Of a DNA stretch of 64,000 nt, positions 39,355 through 50,431 are shown one piece after another. The position numbers were made by a program, and so were the translations under genes. The number at the start of each line of letters is the position of its first letter. Position 1 is the stretch's first letter. Under the pieces are notes generated by a model. The model was not told the DNA's origin. It saw only the letters and a program-made list of their open reading frames with translations, and searched no databases. This stretch comes from Spirochaetia bacterium (GTDB lineage: Bacteria > Spirochaetota > Spirochaetia > UBA9216), in the NCBI GenBank assembly GCA_965140585.1, contig OZ223270.1:224001-288000 (forward strand). Reading direction: 5' to 3'.

Positions 39355-40633
39355 TGATCCTGCCTCCGAAAAACGGACACGTAGTTAAGCAACATTTTCG
39401 TAATAATAATTACATTCCTTCTGTTCCGGTGTCAACCAATCATTTGCAGAATGCTTCCTAAGCCGGTTGTAATAGATCTCGATATACCAGAAAAATTCTT
39501 TTTCCAATTCTCCAAATGTTCGATATTTTCGATGACGAGTCAATCGAGTTTTCAGTGTGTGGAAAAAAAGATTCTGCTACGGCATTATCCCAGCAATTCC
39601 CTTTTCGACACATGCTCTGTGTGGCTTCCGCTGATTTCAAAACAGACCGGAATTGCTCCGAGGCATACTGAATACCCCGATCACTGTTAACCATAAAACC
39701 TTTAGGAGAACCATAGTTATAAATATATTTCTCAAGAGCTTTGCAGGTTGAATCTGCTGTCAGGCTTTCACTGAGATCCCAGCCTACAACTTTCCGGGAA
39801 TAAAGATCAATAAATAGCGACAAGTATACCCAATGTGATGCCACCTGAATATATGTAATATCGCCAACAAGAACTTCACCAGGTTTCTCCTGAGTAAAAT
39901 TCCTATCTAGAAGGTTTCCTGCAATCCATTTATCATGTTCAGAATCAGTTGTCACAACAAACTTTTTCTGAACCTTACACCGGAGCCCCATTTCTTTCAT
40001 AAGAGCCGCAACACGACTCCTGTGAACTGTTTTATACTTAGGGTTATCATGTAAATCTCGGGTTATTACCTCGCTTCCAGCCATATGACGGAGCTTCGGG
40101 TGAAAAAGATGCGATATTTTGAGCATCAATTGCTCTTTCGCTTTCTGTCTTGTAGATTTGTCCCGTTTCTGCCAATCGTAGTAACCGCTCACGGAGACAT
40201 TCAGATTCTTGCACATTTTCACCACCGGAACATTCAGAGCAGTGATTTTCAATGAAGCAGTATTTCATTCCGGTGTTTTGCTGAAAATGGCCAGTGCTTT
40301 TTTTAATATTGCTCGATCCATTTCAACATCTGCGAGCTTTTTCTCCAACTTACGGATTCTTTTCTGTTCAGGAGTTAAAGCTTCTACTCCGTTTCCTGGA
40401 AAAGCAAGCTCTCCACCTTTTTCCATCTGCTTTCGCTATCTGCCTATCAGTGCCTGACCTATACCAAGAGACTGCTCCACACTATGAGCAGTGCGTCCTG
40501 TTTCATTTGCCAGAGCAATTGCATTTCTTTTAAATTCCGCGTAGTATCGACGTCTGTTCCCATTACTCATGTCAAACCTCATTCTATTTGAATTTTGGCT
40601 TAACTACCACTCCGTTAAATCAAGGCTGGTTCA
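39355..40633 (-). mobile_element. IS3 family element, near full length, inactivated
   Basis: TGA...TCA termini with imperfect IRs (GTAGTTAAGC / GCTTAACTAC); orfA has a premature TAG; orfB has GDITYI, DLYSRKVVGW, SDRGIQY, KGNCWDNAVAESFF and frameshifts. Confidence 0.9.
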
Positions 40634-40794
40634 ATATTTAAAATAAAAACCGACACAAGGATAAAAATAACCCCTGCTACGTGTTCAGGTTATAGACGCC
40701 TGACTAATCGGAAAATGGATGCCGAATTTAAAATATTGCTTTAAATTATTGCTTTCACAATATTGATTCCATATAATTATGTCGGGGAGTTGAT

Positions 40795-42264
40795 ATGTAT
40801 CTTAAACAGACATTAACACGGGTTAAAATTGGCCTCGGCATAACTATATTTCTGCTTCTTTCTGATATCTTTATCCAGAAATTTTTTGAATTTAATAGTT
40901 TTTTGTTTTCTATTCTTACTTCAGCTGTAATAGCGGCCTCCGCCATTCTGACATCAATTTCTGCAATCTCCGGTATTAAAAATTTAAACCACTGGTATGA
41001 GCAGATACTTGATTTCGTTTACCTGCCGATGTCCATTACTGATTTGGATATGAAGTGGACATTTATTAATGCTTCGGTAAAGGATATTATTAATGTCGAC
41101 CGCGGCCAGGTTATGGGTGAACATTGTTCAAAATGGAACGCCGATATCTGCGGTACTGAAAAATGCGGTGTGGCGATGCTTAGAAAGGGAATATCTCAGT
41201 CTTTTTTTACCAATGAAGGAGTGAACAAGAATTTTCAGGTTGATACAACCTATCTCTATGATCGTCGTAATAAAGAGAAAAAGATTGGACATCTGGAATT
41301 AGTGTCGGATGTTACAACTAAAGTTCGCCTTGAATCGGCTGTACAACAGCTTAAATCATCTTCCCAGTCTTTGGTTACAACCATTGAGCAAGAGGCTTCA
41401 ACAACAACTGAGATATCTTCAACTGCAGAGGAATTCTCGAAAAGCCTGATAAGTATTTCCGATAGCACGGAGCGGCAATTCGGTATTATTGAAGAAACTG
41501 TTTCAGGCCTTGAAGAAATGGCAGCCAGTGTAAAGTCGGTTGCTACAAATGCTGCTAAAGCATCAACAACATCCCGTGACAGTGTAGAGGTTGCTATCAC
41601 AGGACAGACTGAAATTAAGCAGACTGTTGAGGGCACAAAAGATATCGCAGACAGTCTGATATCTATTTCAGATGAGATTTCCCGCTTGAATGAAAAAACT
41701 GCAACCGTCGATGAGATTCTGAAGGCAATTAATTCTATTGCAACACAAACAAATTTATTATCAATGAATGCAGCAATTGAGGCCGCCCATGCGGGTGATG
41801 CGGGTAAGGGCTTTAGCGTCGTAGCAACGGAAATACGAAAATTGGCAGAGGATTCGCAATCGTCTTCAAAAGAAATTGAGCGTATTCTAGTGGAGATTAA
41901 ACAGAATATTGAAATGGCGCTTAAACTGTCTATAGGCGGCAGAGAACTGGTAAATAGGAATACCGCCAGTATTGAATCCTCCATGGACGCCCTTAACAGA
42001 ATTGTAAGCGGGGTAGAACTTATAAATAATATGGTTGCCGGTATTGAACTTACTACAAAAGAACAGACAGAAGCTAATTCCGCAATCCTTAATGATGCAA
42101 AAAGTTTAATGGGAATCTCGCAGGAGATCAGGAATGCGGTTAAGGAGCAATCTCTGGGTATAGAGCAAATTACCTCTGCATTACATTTGCTTGCGGATGG
42201 GACAAATCAAACTGTCGAATCAGCCGAAGGGCTTATGAACACGGCGAATGCCCTTTCCCTGTAA
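40795..42264 (+). CDS. Methyl-accepting chemotaxis protein with cytoplasmic PAS domain
   Basis: 2 N-terminal TM segments, PAS (ITDLDMKWTFIN), IATQTNLLSMNAAIEAAHAGDAGKGFSVVATEIRKLA. Confidence 0.92.
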   Translation: MYLKQTLTRVKIGLGITIFLLLSDIFIQKFFEFNSFLFSILTSAVIAASAILTSISAISGIKNLNHWYEQILDFVYLPMSITDLDMKWTFINASVKDIINVDRGQVMGEHCSKWNADICGTEKCGVAMLRKGISQSFFTNEGVNKNFQVDTTYLYDRRNKEKKIGHLELVSDVTTKVRLESAVQQLKSSSQSLVTTIEQEASTTTEISSTAEEFSKSLISISDSTERQFGIIEETVSGLEEMAASVKSVATNAAKASTTSRDSVEVAITGQTEIKQTVEGTKDIADSLISISDEISRLNEKTATVDEILKAINSIATQTNLLSMNAAIEAAHAGDAGKGFSVVATEIRKLAEDSQSSSKEIERILVEIKQNIEMALKLSIGGRELVNRNTASIESSMDALNRIVSGVELINNMVAGIELTTKEQTEANSAILNDAKSLMGISQEIRNAVKEQSLGIEQITSALHLLADGTNQTVESAEGLMNTANALSL

Positions 42265-42269
42265 TGATG

Positions 42270-42635
42270 CGGAGGCAATATGTCTTAGTCGAGCAGCAAC
42301 CAGCATAAGAGCAGAATTACCATCTGGGAAATTACCATAACCCGAGTACGTCTTCTGATTTCCCGCATAATTCTTTCAATAGGATTATTCGTTTTAATTC
42401 TTTGCCAGTGTTGTTCCGCCGTGTTTCTATCTTCTCATAAATCTGTTTATTTAAATTACTGACAGTACCTGACGAAACCTTGGTCCCTCAGAGAGCTTCA
42501 GTGATATCTTTAACTCGGCGAACAGAAACTCCGGCCAGATATATCTCAATCAGAGACTCTTCAACCGAAGCTTCACGGCGTTTATATCTTTCAACAATTA
42601 CTGTTTCAAAGGGCAGCTTTCTCAGCTTCAGCATC
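42270..42635 (-). mobile_element. Second IS256 family remnant (heavily deleted)
   Basis: Fragments KLRKLPFETVIVERYKRREASVEESLIEIYLAGVSVRRV and HWQRIKTNNPIERIMREIRRRTRVMGNFPDG. Confidence 0.85.
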
Positions 42636-42979
42636 TCAAATATCGAGCCGGAGATTTTTCTGGATGACATTCTCTCCTATAATAAAAGAAGTTTTTCAGA
42701 TTCAATCACCTACAAGTTCTATAAAGATGAGCATAAAGATCAGATGGAAACCTATAATTTCCGGAGTTTTTAAGAGGACATTAATTTTCCGGCGCAATCG
42801 AATTTTATTCAGGCAATTTTAAACGGGAATGACCTGATACCTAATCTTACGGCAGGTATATCATCTTGATGATATCAGTGACGCAGAAGATTATCAGCTT
42901 GAATCCCAAATTGAAGCAAATCTTGAAATGAAACTTTCACTTTAAAAATAACAGTGCATATTCCAGTATCTATTTTAAT

Positions 42980-43240
42980 TTATTGATTTATAGCCTTTCC
43001 GTTTTTCCACCAGTTGTCCTGTTTTTTTGCAGTTGCAAGATCTATATAGAGATCTTCAACCTTTTTTCTTGCCCATGGAGTTTTTCGCAAAAATTTCAAA
43101 CTTGATTTAACAGAAGGTTCGTAATTGAAACAGTTTACCCGGATGTGACTTCCAAGCTTTTCCCATCCGAAATAGGATACCAGCCTGTTAAGCATTATTT
43201 CGAGCGTAATCCCGTGCATCGGGTCGTTTGATTCTTCCAC
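42980..43240 (-). CDS. VF530/DUF2132 family small protein
   Basis: [42 protein letters not shown]. Confidence 0.88.
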   Translation of the reverse strand: MEESNDPMHGITLEIMLNRLVSYFGWEKLGSHIRVNCFNYEPSVKSSLKFLRKTPWARKKVEDLYIDLATAKKQDNWWKNGKAINQ

Positions 43241-43281
43241 AGTGAATAGTAACGTTTTTTTGTATATAAGTACAATATAAA

Positions 43282-44274
43282 CTACTGAAGAATTGTGTCT
43301 ATAAACTGCTCCAGGCTAAGCCCCTTGAAGTATCGATCTATATCAACACCTCTCAAGGCCTGCTCCAGCGACTCCTTATTATTGTTGACACCGACAATCT
43401 TATTAACAAGCATTGTGCTGTCATCAAGACTGAAATAATCGCCCCTGCTGGTAAAATTTTTTATGACACCCTTCTCTACTTCCATAAAAAGCTGTATCTT
43501 TCCGCAACCTTCAATCCGTCGCTCCTTGCGTATACTGTATGTGGGTGAACGCCCATAATTCCAGTCCCAGGTATCATACTTTTTCCGGAGCTGTTTTACC
43601 GATTCTTTATCAGCTTCGGTCATATTATAGGTTTCCATATTATTTTCTTTAATCATAAACTGCCGAAGAATATTCCAGAATTCACCTGTGGTCATTTCAT
43701 TATTAAGATGTTCCTTTATATTTGTCACTCGACTCCGAACTGATTTAATACCCTTTGACTCAACCTTGTCGGCAGAAACATTCAGCGCCTTCGTAAGCAT
43801 CTCAAGATTTGAGTCAAACATCAGCGTACCATGATGCATTACCCGCTTTTTGCGAAGGTACTGTGCATTACCGGAAAACTTTCTTCCGTCAATCACAATA
43901 TCATTCCTGCCGCTTATCTCTGCATTTACACCTATTGAGTTAAGAGCTTTAACCACGGGAATACAGAACGAAGCCAGATCTATCCCGCCCAGCGCTTTGG
44001 CATCTGTGACGAATGTAAAGTTAAGGTTGCCCAGATCATGATATACCGCCCCGCCGCCGGAGAGTCTCCGTGCCACATTGATTTTATGTTCCTCAACGAA
44101 GGGCAGATTGATTTCTTCTATTGTATTCTGATGCTTGCCGATAATTATTGAATTATCGTTCTGCCATAGCATGAAATACTCGTTTTCTTTGGGAAGTTCG
44201 TTGAAAACATACTCCTCCAAAGCAAGATTATAATATGGATCTGTCTGATCACTTTCAAGGTATAACATTGCCAT
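43282..44274 (-). CDS. lplA: Lipoate-protein ligase A
   Basis: [69 protein letters not shown]. Confidence 0.93.
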   Translation of the reverse strand: MAMLYLESDQTDPYYNLALEEYVFNELPKENEYFMLWQNDNSIIIGKHQNTIEEINLPFVEEHKINVARRLSGGGAVYHDLGNLNFTFVTDAKALGGIDLASFCIPVVKALNSIGVNAEISGRNDIVIDGRKFSGNAQYLRKKRVMHHGTLMFDSNLEMLTKALNVSADKVESKGIKSVRSRVTNIKEHLNNEMTTGEFWNILRQFMIKENNMETYNMTEADKESVKQLRKKYDTWDWNYGRSPTYSIRKERRIEGCGKIQLFMEVEKGVIKNFTSRGDYFSLDDSTMLVNKIVGVNNNKESLEQALRGVDIDRYFKGLSLEQFIDTILQ

Positions 44275-45250
44275 GAGATATATTAGCACAAGAATCCGGA
44301 TTATTCACCGGAAACTTTGGGCGTCTGCCGTTTAAAACATTCCAGAGATCCTGAGCGGCAAACAGTTCCATTCGATCTATCGACTCTACCGTTGTTGGAG
44401 CGCAGTGTGGAGATACAATCACATTTTTCCTTTTTAAAAGAGGATTTGCAGGATCCGTCGGCTCCTGCTCAAAAACATCCAATCCTGCACCTGCAATCAT
44501 CTTCTCATCCAGTGCCTTCAGAAGCGCTCCCTCATCCACCAGCCCGCCGCGTGCGGCATTTATGAAATAAGAACCATGCTTCATCTTTCGAAACTGTTCA
44601 AGTCCAATCGAATGGAAAGTTGAATCAGTCAAAGGCTGATGTATAGTAATAAAATCAGCTCTTTCTAATAAATCATTAATTCCATCCAGAAGACAGACAC
44701 CTTCCGGAATAAGTTCAGGCCTGATGTAGGGATCATATGCCAATACCTGCATATCAAAACCCTTCATAGCCTTCTGAGCAACGATTCTTCCGATATGACC
44801 ACATCCAATTATCCCGAGAACTTTATTCCGGAGTTCAATATTTCTTTTTACTTTTCTAATTTCAAAATTCCCGTCAGCTGCAGCCTCCGCCATTATATTA
44901 GCGTTTTTTGCGCATGCAAGTATAAGATACATAGTATGCTCAGCTACGGCATTTGAGTTAGCAGCACCGGAATTTGTTACATAAATTCCCTTTTTTGCAG
45001 CATAATCAATATCAATGTTTTCATACCCTGCACTGAAATTGCTTATAACTTTTAACCTGTCGGATTTATCCAATACCTCACTGCCGAAAAAAAGCCCATT
45101 CAGCCCCCCGGACAAGACAGCATCAAAATCTCCAATCCGAGCCAGGAATTTATCTTCCGAAGGTTCTATTACAACTTCACACCCTTTATTTTTTAAAAAT
45201 TTGACTCCAGAACCGGATAGAACAGTAGGTATAAGAATTTTATAACTCAT
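44255..45250 (-). CDS. D-isomer-specific 2-hydroxyacid dehydrogenase (SerA/GhrB-like)
   Basis: AVAEH, GIIGCGHIG, INAARGGLVDE, GAGLDVFEQEP, SPH. Confidence 0.9.
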   Translation of the reverse strand: MSYKILIPTVLSGSGVKFLKNKGCEVVIEPSEDKFLARIGDFDAVLSGGLNGLFFGSEVLDKSDRLKVISNFSAGYENIDIDYAAKKGIYVTNSGAANSNAVAEHTMYLILACAKNANIMAEAAADGNFEIRKVKRNIELRNKVLGIIGCGHIGRIVAQKAMKGFDMQVLAYDPYIRPELIPEGVCLLDGINDLLERADFITIHQPLTDSTFHSIGLEQFRKMKHGSYFINAARGGLVDEGALLKALDEKMIAGAGLDVFEQEPTDPANPLLKRKNVIVSPHCAPTTVESIDRMELFAAQDLWNVLNGRRPKFPVNNPDSCANISHGNVIP

Positions 45251-45365
45251 TTCATCATTGTCCCTTAAAATCTGAATCAATCACGCCAAGCAACTGATAT
45301 TGCCCTGTAACATTTTCAAGATTCCATGAAAGGTAAACCCCCTCATGGAATCTTTTAATACTAAT

Positions 45366-46136
45366 TTAGTGCAGATGAATCTCACAATTCATTTCTTCTG
45401 CCATTTCACCCCAGTGCTTCATTCGTCTTTCAAGTTCTTTTTTACTTTCTTCATCTTCTCTGAAAGCTATAGCCGTCCAGGGCATTTCATCAAGAGCAGT
45501 TACAACTTCATCAATTTTATTGAAGGGGATTGAAATCATTCTTAATCCAGGGGCAAAGGCCTTCCTTCGTTTAAGACCGTGATAGTAACCGGTCGTTATA
45601 TGATTGACCTTTCCGGAGATATAAGGATAGGCATACATCCAACTGCAGCTCAAAACCGGCGTGGATTTTGATTCCCACAGGTCACCTGAAATATATGATG
45701 TAGCACGCATAATTATCTCAGCCTTCTCCAGTTCAGCAAATACCACAATTAAATCAGGATCAAAATCACAAAGACTAACCGGTGAAAAAACAACATAGTT
45801 CACAGTATTGGGTTCAATGACAGGAAGCTGCATATATAGTTTTCTGTTCGGAGCAGGAGTCCTGTACATTTCAAAATCAAATCCCGCCTGGCCTGAGGCG
45901 GTGATGGGAGGTTTAGGGATCATCCCCAATGAAATCTGGCCGTAGCAGGAATCATTTTCTTTAGTAATATAGAACTGCTCACCCGAATCCTGACACTCTT
46001 TTACAAACTGACAAAACGCCAGTTTCTTATCAGTCTGTTTTACTTTCTCAGGTTTTACCGGTAGATACTTTATTGCTACAGCCGGAATATTTAATTCAAG
46101 CTTTTTAAAGAGTTCTTTCGCTTTATCGCTTAACAT
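45366..46136 (-). CDS. DUF169 family protein
   Basis: AVAIKY, FCQ, ENDSC..G..SLG, PDLIV, SCS, SIP pattern. Confidence 0.7.
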   Translation of the reverse strand: MLSDKAKELFKKLELNIPAVAIKYLPVKPEKVKQTDKKLAFCQFVKECQDSGEQFYITKENDSCYGQISLGMIPKPPITASGQAGFDFEMYRTPAPNRKLYMQLPVIEPNTVNYVVFSPVSLCDFDPDLIVVFAELEKAEIIMRATSYISGDLWESKSTPVLSCSWMYAYPYISGKVNHITTGYYHGLKRRKAFAPGLRMISIPFNKIDEVVTALDEMPWTAIAFREDEESKKELERRMKHWGEMAEEMNCEIHLH

Positions 46137-46270
46137 ATATCGTCCTTTTACTTAAAACAAATTTCGGGCTTTTTCCAGAAATGAGTTTAAGATTTAAATT
46201 TTAGTTTAGAAGCTCAGGTCAGATGCTGATGTTTTCCTATATTAGCTTCACCAGCAGTTGACCTGACAGT

Positions 46271-47548
46271 TTATTTCAATACGGCAACCAGGAATTCAGA
46301 CATCCAGGGTGAAAATCCCACGACAATCAGCGCTGCAATCATTGCAAAAACAAATGGAAGAGAGGCTTTTATAATTTTATCGGATGACAACCCGGTCATA
46401 GTCTGGGCAACAAATATATTTGCACAAACCGGCGGCGTAACAAACGCAATTGAAAGAGCCAGAATCATTATCACGCCAAAATGAAGGGTGCTGATTCCAA
46501 CCGAGTTTGCAACAGCAAGAAGTACAGGTGAGAAAATTACTATCGCAGGTGTAGTTTGAACGAACATACCGATTAAAAATAGAATTCCAAAAATAAACAG
46601 AAGTATAATTCCTGGGCTTGTGGAAATTCCCAGGAAGAAGTCGGTAATAGTCTTTGTAACACCCAGATACGCGAAGACTGTACCCAGCGCAGCGGCAGGT
46701 GCTACAGTCAACATCATACCTCCATTAAAGGTTGTAGTATCCTTGAACATTTTCCATAATCCTGCAAACGTAACTTCCTTATAGACAAAAACACCAACAA
46801 TGATCCCGTATACTGTAGCAACAACAGCCGCTTCGGTCGCAGTAAAAATTCCTGCATATATACCGCCAAGAATGATAATAGGCATAAGCAGTGCGAGCTT
46901 TGCGCTCCATATAGCTTTTGCAGCCTTCTTGACCGAAACCTTATGTTTTCCTTTTAGCCCATGCTTCCTGGCATATACATAATTAACAATCATCAGCATA
47001 AGACCAACAACAACAGCCGGAACAATTCCAGCAATAAAGAGATCTCCTATAGATTCATTGTTTGTTATTCCATATATAACCATTGGATAACTTGGGGGAA
47101 CAATTATTCCCAACCCACCGGCTACAGCACATAAACCGGTTGCATAGTGCTTATCATATCCCGCTCTAACCATTTCAGGAATCATAATAATTCCAATTGC
47201 GGCTACTGTTGCGACAGCGGATCCTGATACAGCACCGAAAAACATACAGGAAAGTATTGCAACCATTCCGAGGCTGCCTGTTACATTTCCAATTAAAGAA
47301 TTAGCGACATTTACAAGACGTTTTGAAATACCGCCTATATCCATAATGTTTCCGCATATCATAAAAAATGGAAGAGCAATCATAGTAAATGAGGCTGTAC
47401 CGTTATAAAGAGTCTGCGCTATGAACTCCGGTGAAGTAATGGGATTCATAAGGAGTAAAACAAATGTGGGCAATATCAGGCTTATACCGATAGGTACCCC
47501 TATTGCGAACAACACAAACATTAAAATAAACATAATAGCAACTGACAT
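46271..47548 (-). CDS. TRAP transporter large permease DctM
   Basis: ALPFF, FGAVSGSAVA, IIVPPS, GIFTATEAA, TPPV. Confidence 0.93.
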   Translation of the reverse strand: MSVAIMFILMFVLFAIGVPIGISLILPTFVLLLMNPITSPEFIAQTLYNGTASFTMIALPFFMICGNIMDIGGISKRLVNVANSLIGNVTGSLGMVAILSCMFFGAVSGSAVATVAAIGIIMIPEMVRAGYDKHYATGLCAVAGGLGIIVPPSYPMVIYGITNNESIGDLFIAGIVPAVVVGLMLMIVNYVYARKHGLKGKHKVSVKKAAKAIWSAKLALLMPIIILGGIYAGIFTATEAAVVATVYGIIVGVFVYKEVTFAGLWKMFKDTTTFNGGMMLTVAPAAALGTVFAYLGVTKTITDFFLGISTSPGIILLFIFGILFLIGMFVQTTPAIVIFSPVLLAVANSVGISTLHFGVIMILALSIAFVTPPVCANIFVAQTMTGLSSDKIIKASLPFVFAMIAALIVVGFSPWMSEFLVAVLK

Positions 47549-48102
47549 TAGTTCGCACCTCCCTGCTCTTTTTCCAGCTCGTCAAAATTTATTGCAGGTA
47601 CAGATGCCCCTATATTTTTTTCCTGCTCATGAACCAATCTATAGATATCGTATATAAGTTTCAGGCTTGAAATTGTCAGCATCAAGGGGATAAAGCCATA
47701 ACTAAGCCGTTTTGGAAAATCCAAAATAGGAGATGAAGCGTTTCCGAGTCCTTCAATGATATTCAAAAATGGAAACACTATATAAGTATTAAACCCAATA
47801 AATATAACATCACTGATAATTAAAAGTATCTTTTTTACTTTAAACGGAACCGCATTCAATAATGCATCTATTCGTAAATGTTTTCGGTATGTAACTGCAC
47901 TGGAAATTCCAAGATAAGTCATCCATAAAAACAATATTATTCCGAGTTCTTCGGTCCAGGTAATTGAATGCTTAAAGAGATACCTGCTGATAACCTGTAC
48001 AGTCAATAAAAGCATAATAAAAATAAATAATCCTGCACCGAGATATTTATCAATATTAGCTATATATTTTAACCAGTTATGGTTAGATTGTTTTTCCTTC
48101 AT
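47548..48102 (-). CDS. TRAP transporter small permease DctQ
   Basis: QVISRY, WTEEL, HLRID; 4 TM segments. Confidence 0.9.
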   Translation of the reverse strand: MKEKQSNHNWLKYIANIDKYLGAGLFIFIMLLLTVQVISRYLFKHSITWTEELGIILFLWMTYLGISSAVTYRKHLRIDALLNAVPFKVKKILLIISDVIFIGFNTYIVFPFLNIIEGLGNASSPILDFPKRLSYGFIPLMLTISSLKLIYDIYRLVHEQEKNIGASVPAINFDELEKEQGGAN

Positions 48103-48197
48103 TGTAATAATCCTTAAATGATTACAAAAAGTGCGCAGCACTTAATAATACTGCACACTCTTTTTAATTAAATATAGTCAATATATCTTATCTTATT

Positions 48198-49274
48198 TTA
48201 TTTTTCAGCGGCTTCAACAGTTTCCAATAATGCTTTATACCTGGCTTCACCCATCAGCTTTTCTGCATCGGTCCAGGCTTTAGATGCTGCTGCTCTAAAT
48301 GCCTTACTTTCACTTGCAGTCGGTTCATATATTTCGACTCCGGTAGCCCTAAGTAAATCAGCATACTCTGATTCTGTATTTGCTGCTGCCAGGCGACTGG
48401 CATTTGTACAGGCAATATTTGCAGCTTCAACAGCGGCTTTCTGGTTATCAGACAGCCCATCATAAACCTTTTTATTCATGAACATAAATGTAGAAGTAAA
48501 TGTATGCTTTGTCAGTGTTGCATAAGACTGGACCTCATACAGCTTGTTACTGTAAATCGTAGACAGGGGATTTTCCTGTGCATCAACCAGGTGCTGCTGA
48601 AGAGCACTGTATAATTCAGAAAATGGAGTGGGTGTTACAGTTGCACCAAGTGCTTCCATTGCAGCTATCTGCAGTTTATCATTCATAGTCCTGATCTTCA
48701 GGCCTTTCATATCCGCAGGACTTTTAATCGGTTTTTTTGAATTAGTTACATGCCTCCATCCAATATCCATATAAGCTAATGCTTTTATGGAAGGAACATC
48801 TGCCTCAAGTTTATTCATCATCTCTTTACCTATCTCGCCATCCATAACTGCGTGAACACTGTCAAAGCCTGAATACAGATAAGGGACGTTCAGTTCAGCA
48901 AAAGCATCTGTATATTCTGCCCAGTTTCCAGTAGCAAAATGTGAAACTTCAAATCCGCCAGTTTGAATACCGTTCACTGTTTCATCTGCTTTTTTGGCGA
49001 GCTGGGCATCAGTAAACATAGTAATTTCGATTGTTCCGTTCGATTTTTCCTGAACTGTATTTACCCAGGAATTCAATCCTCTTGCCATCGCAGTATTATC
49101 CGCATCAAGTTCTTTTTTGGTAACAATAGTAGACAGTCTAAGTTTGACCACCTTCTCTGTATTATCCTGTGCCTGAGAATCGGCCACATCATCTTTTTTC
49201 GCACATCCTGATAGAAAAACGAGTAATAAAACCGCGATTAAACTTAATGCAGTAAATTTTTTGTTGAATTTCAT
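48198..49274 (-). CDS. TRAP transporter substrate-binding lipoprotein DctP
   Basis: Lipobox LSGC, GWRH, DMKGLKIRT, ELYSALQ..VDAQENP. Confidence 0.93.
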   Translation of the reverse strand: MKFNKKFTALSLIAVLLLVFLSGCAKKDDVADSQAQDNTEKVVKLRLSTIVTKKELDADNTAMARGLNSWVNTVQEKSNGTIEITMFTDAQLAKKADETVNGIQTGGFEVSHFATGNWAEYTDAFAELNVPYLYSGFDSVHAVMDGEIGKEMMNKLEADVPSIKALAYMDIGWRHVTNSKKPIKSPADMKGLKIRTMNDKLQIAAMEALGATVTPTPFSELYSALQQHLVDAQENPLSTIYSNKLYEVQSYATLTKHTFTSTFMFMNKKVYDGLSDNQKAAVEAANIACTNASRLAAANTESEYADLLRATGVEIYEPTASESKAFRAAASKAWTDAEKLMGEARYKALLETVEAAEK

Positions 49275-49338
49275 TAACCTCTCCTAAATTTTTGCAGCTC
49301 CATAGTCATCAAGGCCTATCCTCTCAACTACAGATGTC

Positions 49339-49354
49339 TACTTGTATAACAACC
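49339..49354. promoter_or_regulatory. Candidate FadR/GntR operator TACTTGTATAACAACC (copy 1)
   Basis: Identical 16-mer at 50347-50362; variant TACTTGTATTACA at 49484-49496. Confidence 0.7.
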
Positions 49355-49540
49355 TAACCATCTAACACATAATAGCATACTTTTTTTATAAGTCAAATTT
49401 TTTCACAAACATTTTTATCTGCATAAAAGGAGCCCGGATAAAAAAACACTTTAACTTGCAATTTAAAGTGAATTCTGCAAAGATACTTGTATTACAGTCT
49501 GATAGATTAACATATCAACAGAACTGAAGGAGCTAGTTCA

Positions 49541-50248
49541 TTGGCTAAAATTGTAAAATCTAACTTAATTGATAAAATATTTGATTACATAACTGAACAA
49601 ATTCTATCAGGAAACTGGAAAGCCAATACGAAAATTCCCTCTGAAACCGAATTAGCTGAAACATTGGGTGTCAGCCGAATGTCTTTAAGAATGGCAATTC
49701 AAAAATCTAATGTGCTTGGATTAACCGAAACAATGGTCGGGGAAGGCACTTTTGTAAGAGATTTTAATATGCGAAGCTATTTCAGCGAACTTTATAATTC
49801 TAAAATTTTAACAAAAGACTATAATGTAATAAATGACTTCCGTATGATTCTCCAGATAGGAAGTATACGTCTCGCATTTGAAAAAGATTCCTACGGTAAA
49901 GGAGTTGAGGAACTCGAGAAAATTTACTCAGAAATGGAAACTGCAGCTGCAGATGATGATGTGGAAAAATTTAATTCTCTGGATGCTCAATTCCACCAGA
50001 CAGTTTGCGAGCTTTCCGATAATCTTCTTATGACAATGCTGTATGATGCTATTCACCACAGTTTCAATGAAGCTATGGCCCAGAACCTGCAGCGTTCTGT
50101 AAAAGATTCCGGTTCTTATGAGAACGTCCTGAGGTTTCATAAAACAATGCTGGACGGTATCAAAGAAAAAGATATTCAAAAATGTATCGAAATGGAAATG
50201 GAATCAAGAGTTCGTTCATATCGTTATTATAAAAAGATTTCCGAATAG
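49541..50248 (+). CDS. GntR/FadR family transcriptional regulator
   Basis: KIPSETELAETLGVSRMSLR, GEGTFV, FCD-type DAQFH..N. Confidence 0.92.
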   Translation: MAKIVKSNLIDKIFDYITEQILSGNWKANTKIPSETELAETLGVSRMSLRMAIQKSNVLGLTETMVGEGTFVRDFNMRSYFSELYNSKILTKDYNVINDFRMILQIGSIRLAFEKDSYGKGVEELEKIYSEMETAAADDDVEKFNSLDAQFHQTVCELSDNLLMTMLYDAIHHSFNEAMAQNLQRSVKDSGSYENVLRFHKTMLDGIKEKDIQKCIEMEMESRVRSYRYYKKISE

Positions 50249-50318
50249 GATCTCCAGGTTATATTCACTATTTTTAAAATAATCTACCTCCAAAGCAAGT
50301 TTCTAAATTAAATTTATG

Positions 50319-50362
50319 TTGACAGGAATAAAATCGAGTATTAGTATACTTGTATAACAACC
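50319..50362 (+). promoter_or_regulatory. Promoter of the enolase-superfamily gene with operator copy 2
   Basis: TTGACA-N17-TAGTAT overlapping the start of TACTTGTATAACAACC. Confidence 0.72.
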
Positions 50363-50431
50363 ATACAACTAACTGTTTTTAACAGACCATAACCATCTGG
50401 AAAAATTTCAAGGTTAAGGGACAAGATTTAA

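Noticed and set aside
40634-40794. c-di-GMP riboswitch or sigma-28 promoter upstream of the MCP
   Set aside because: Only a short TCAGG/CCTGA hairpin and GCCGAA are present; the GEMM core and a correctly spaced TAAA were not found
42636-42930. Degraded reading frame after the IS256 relic
   Set aside because: Multiple stops and no recognisable motif
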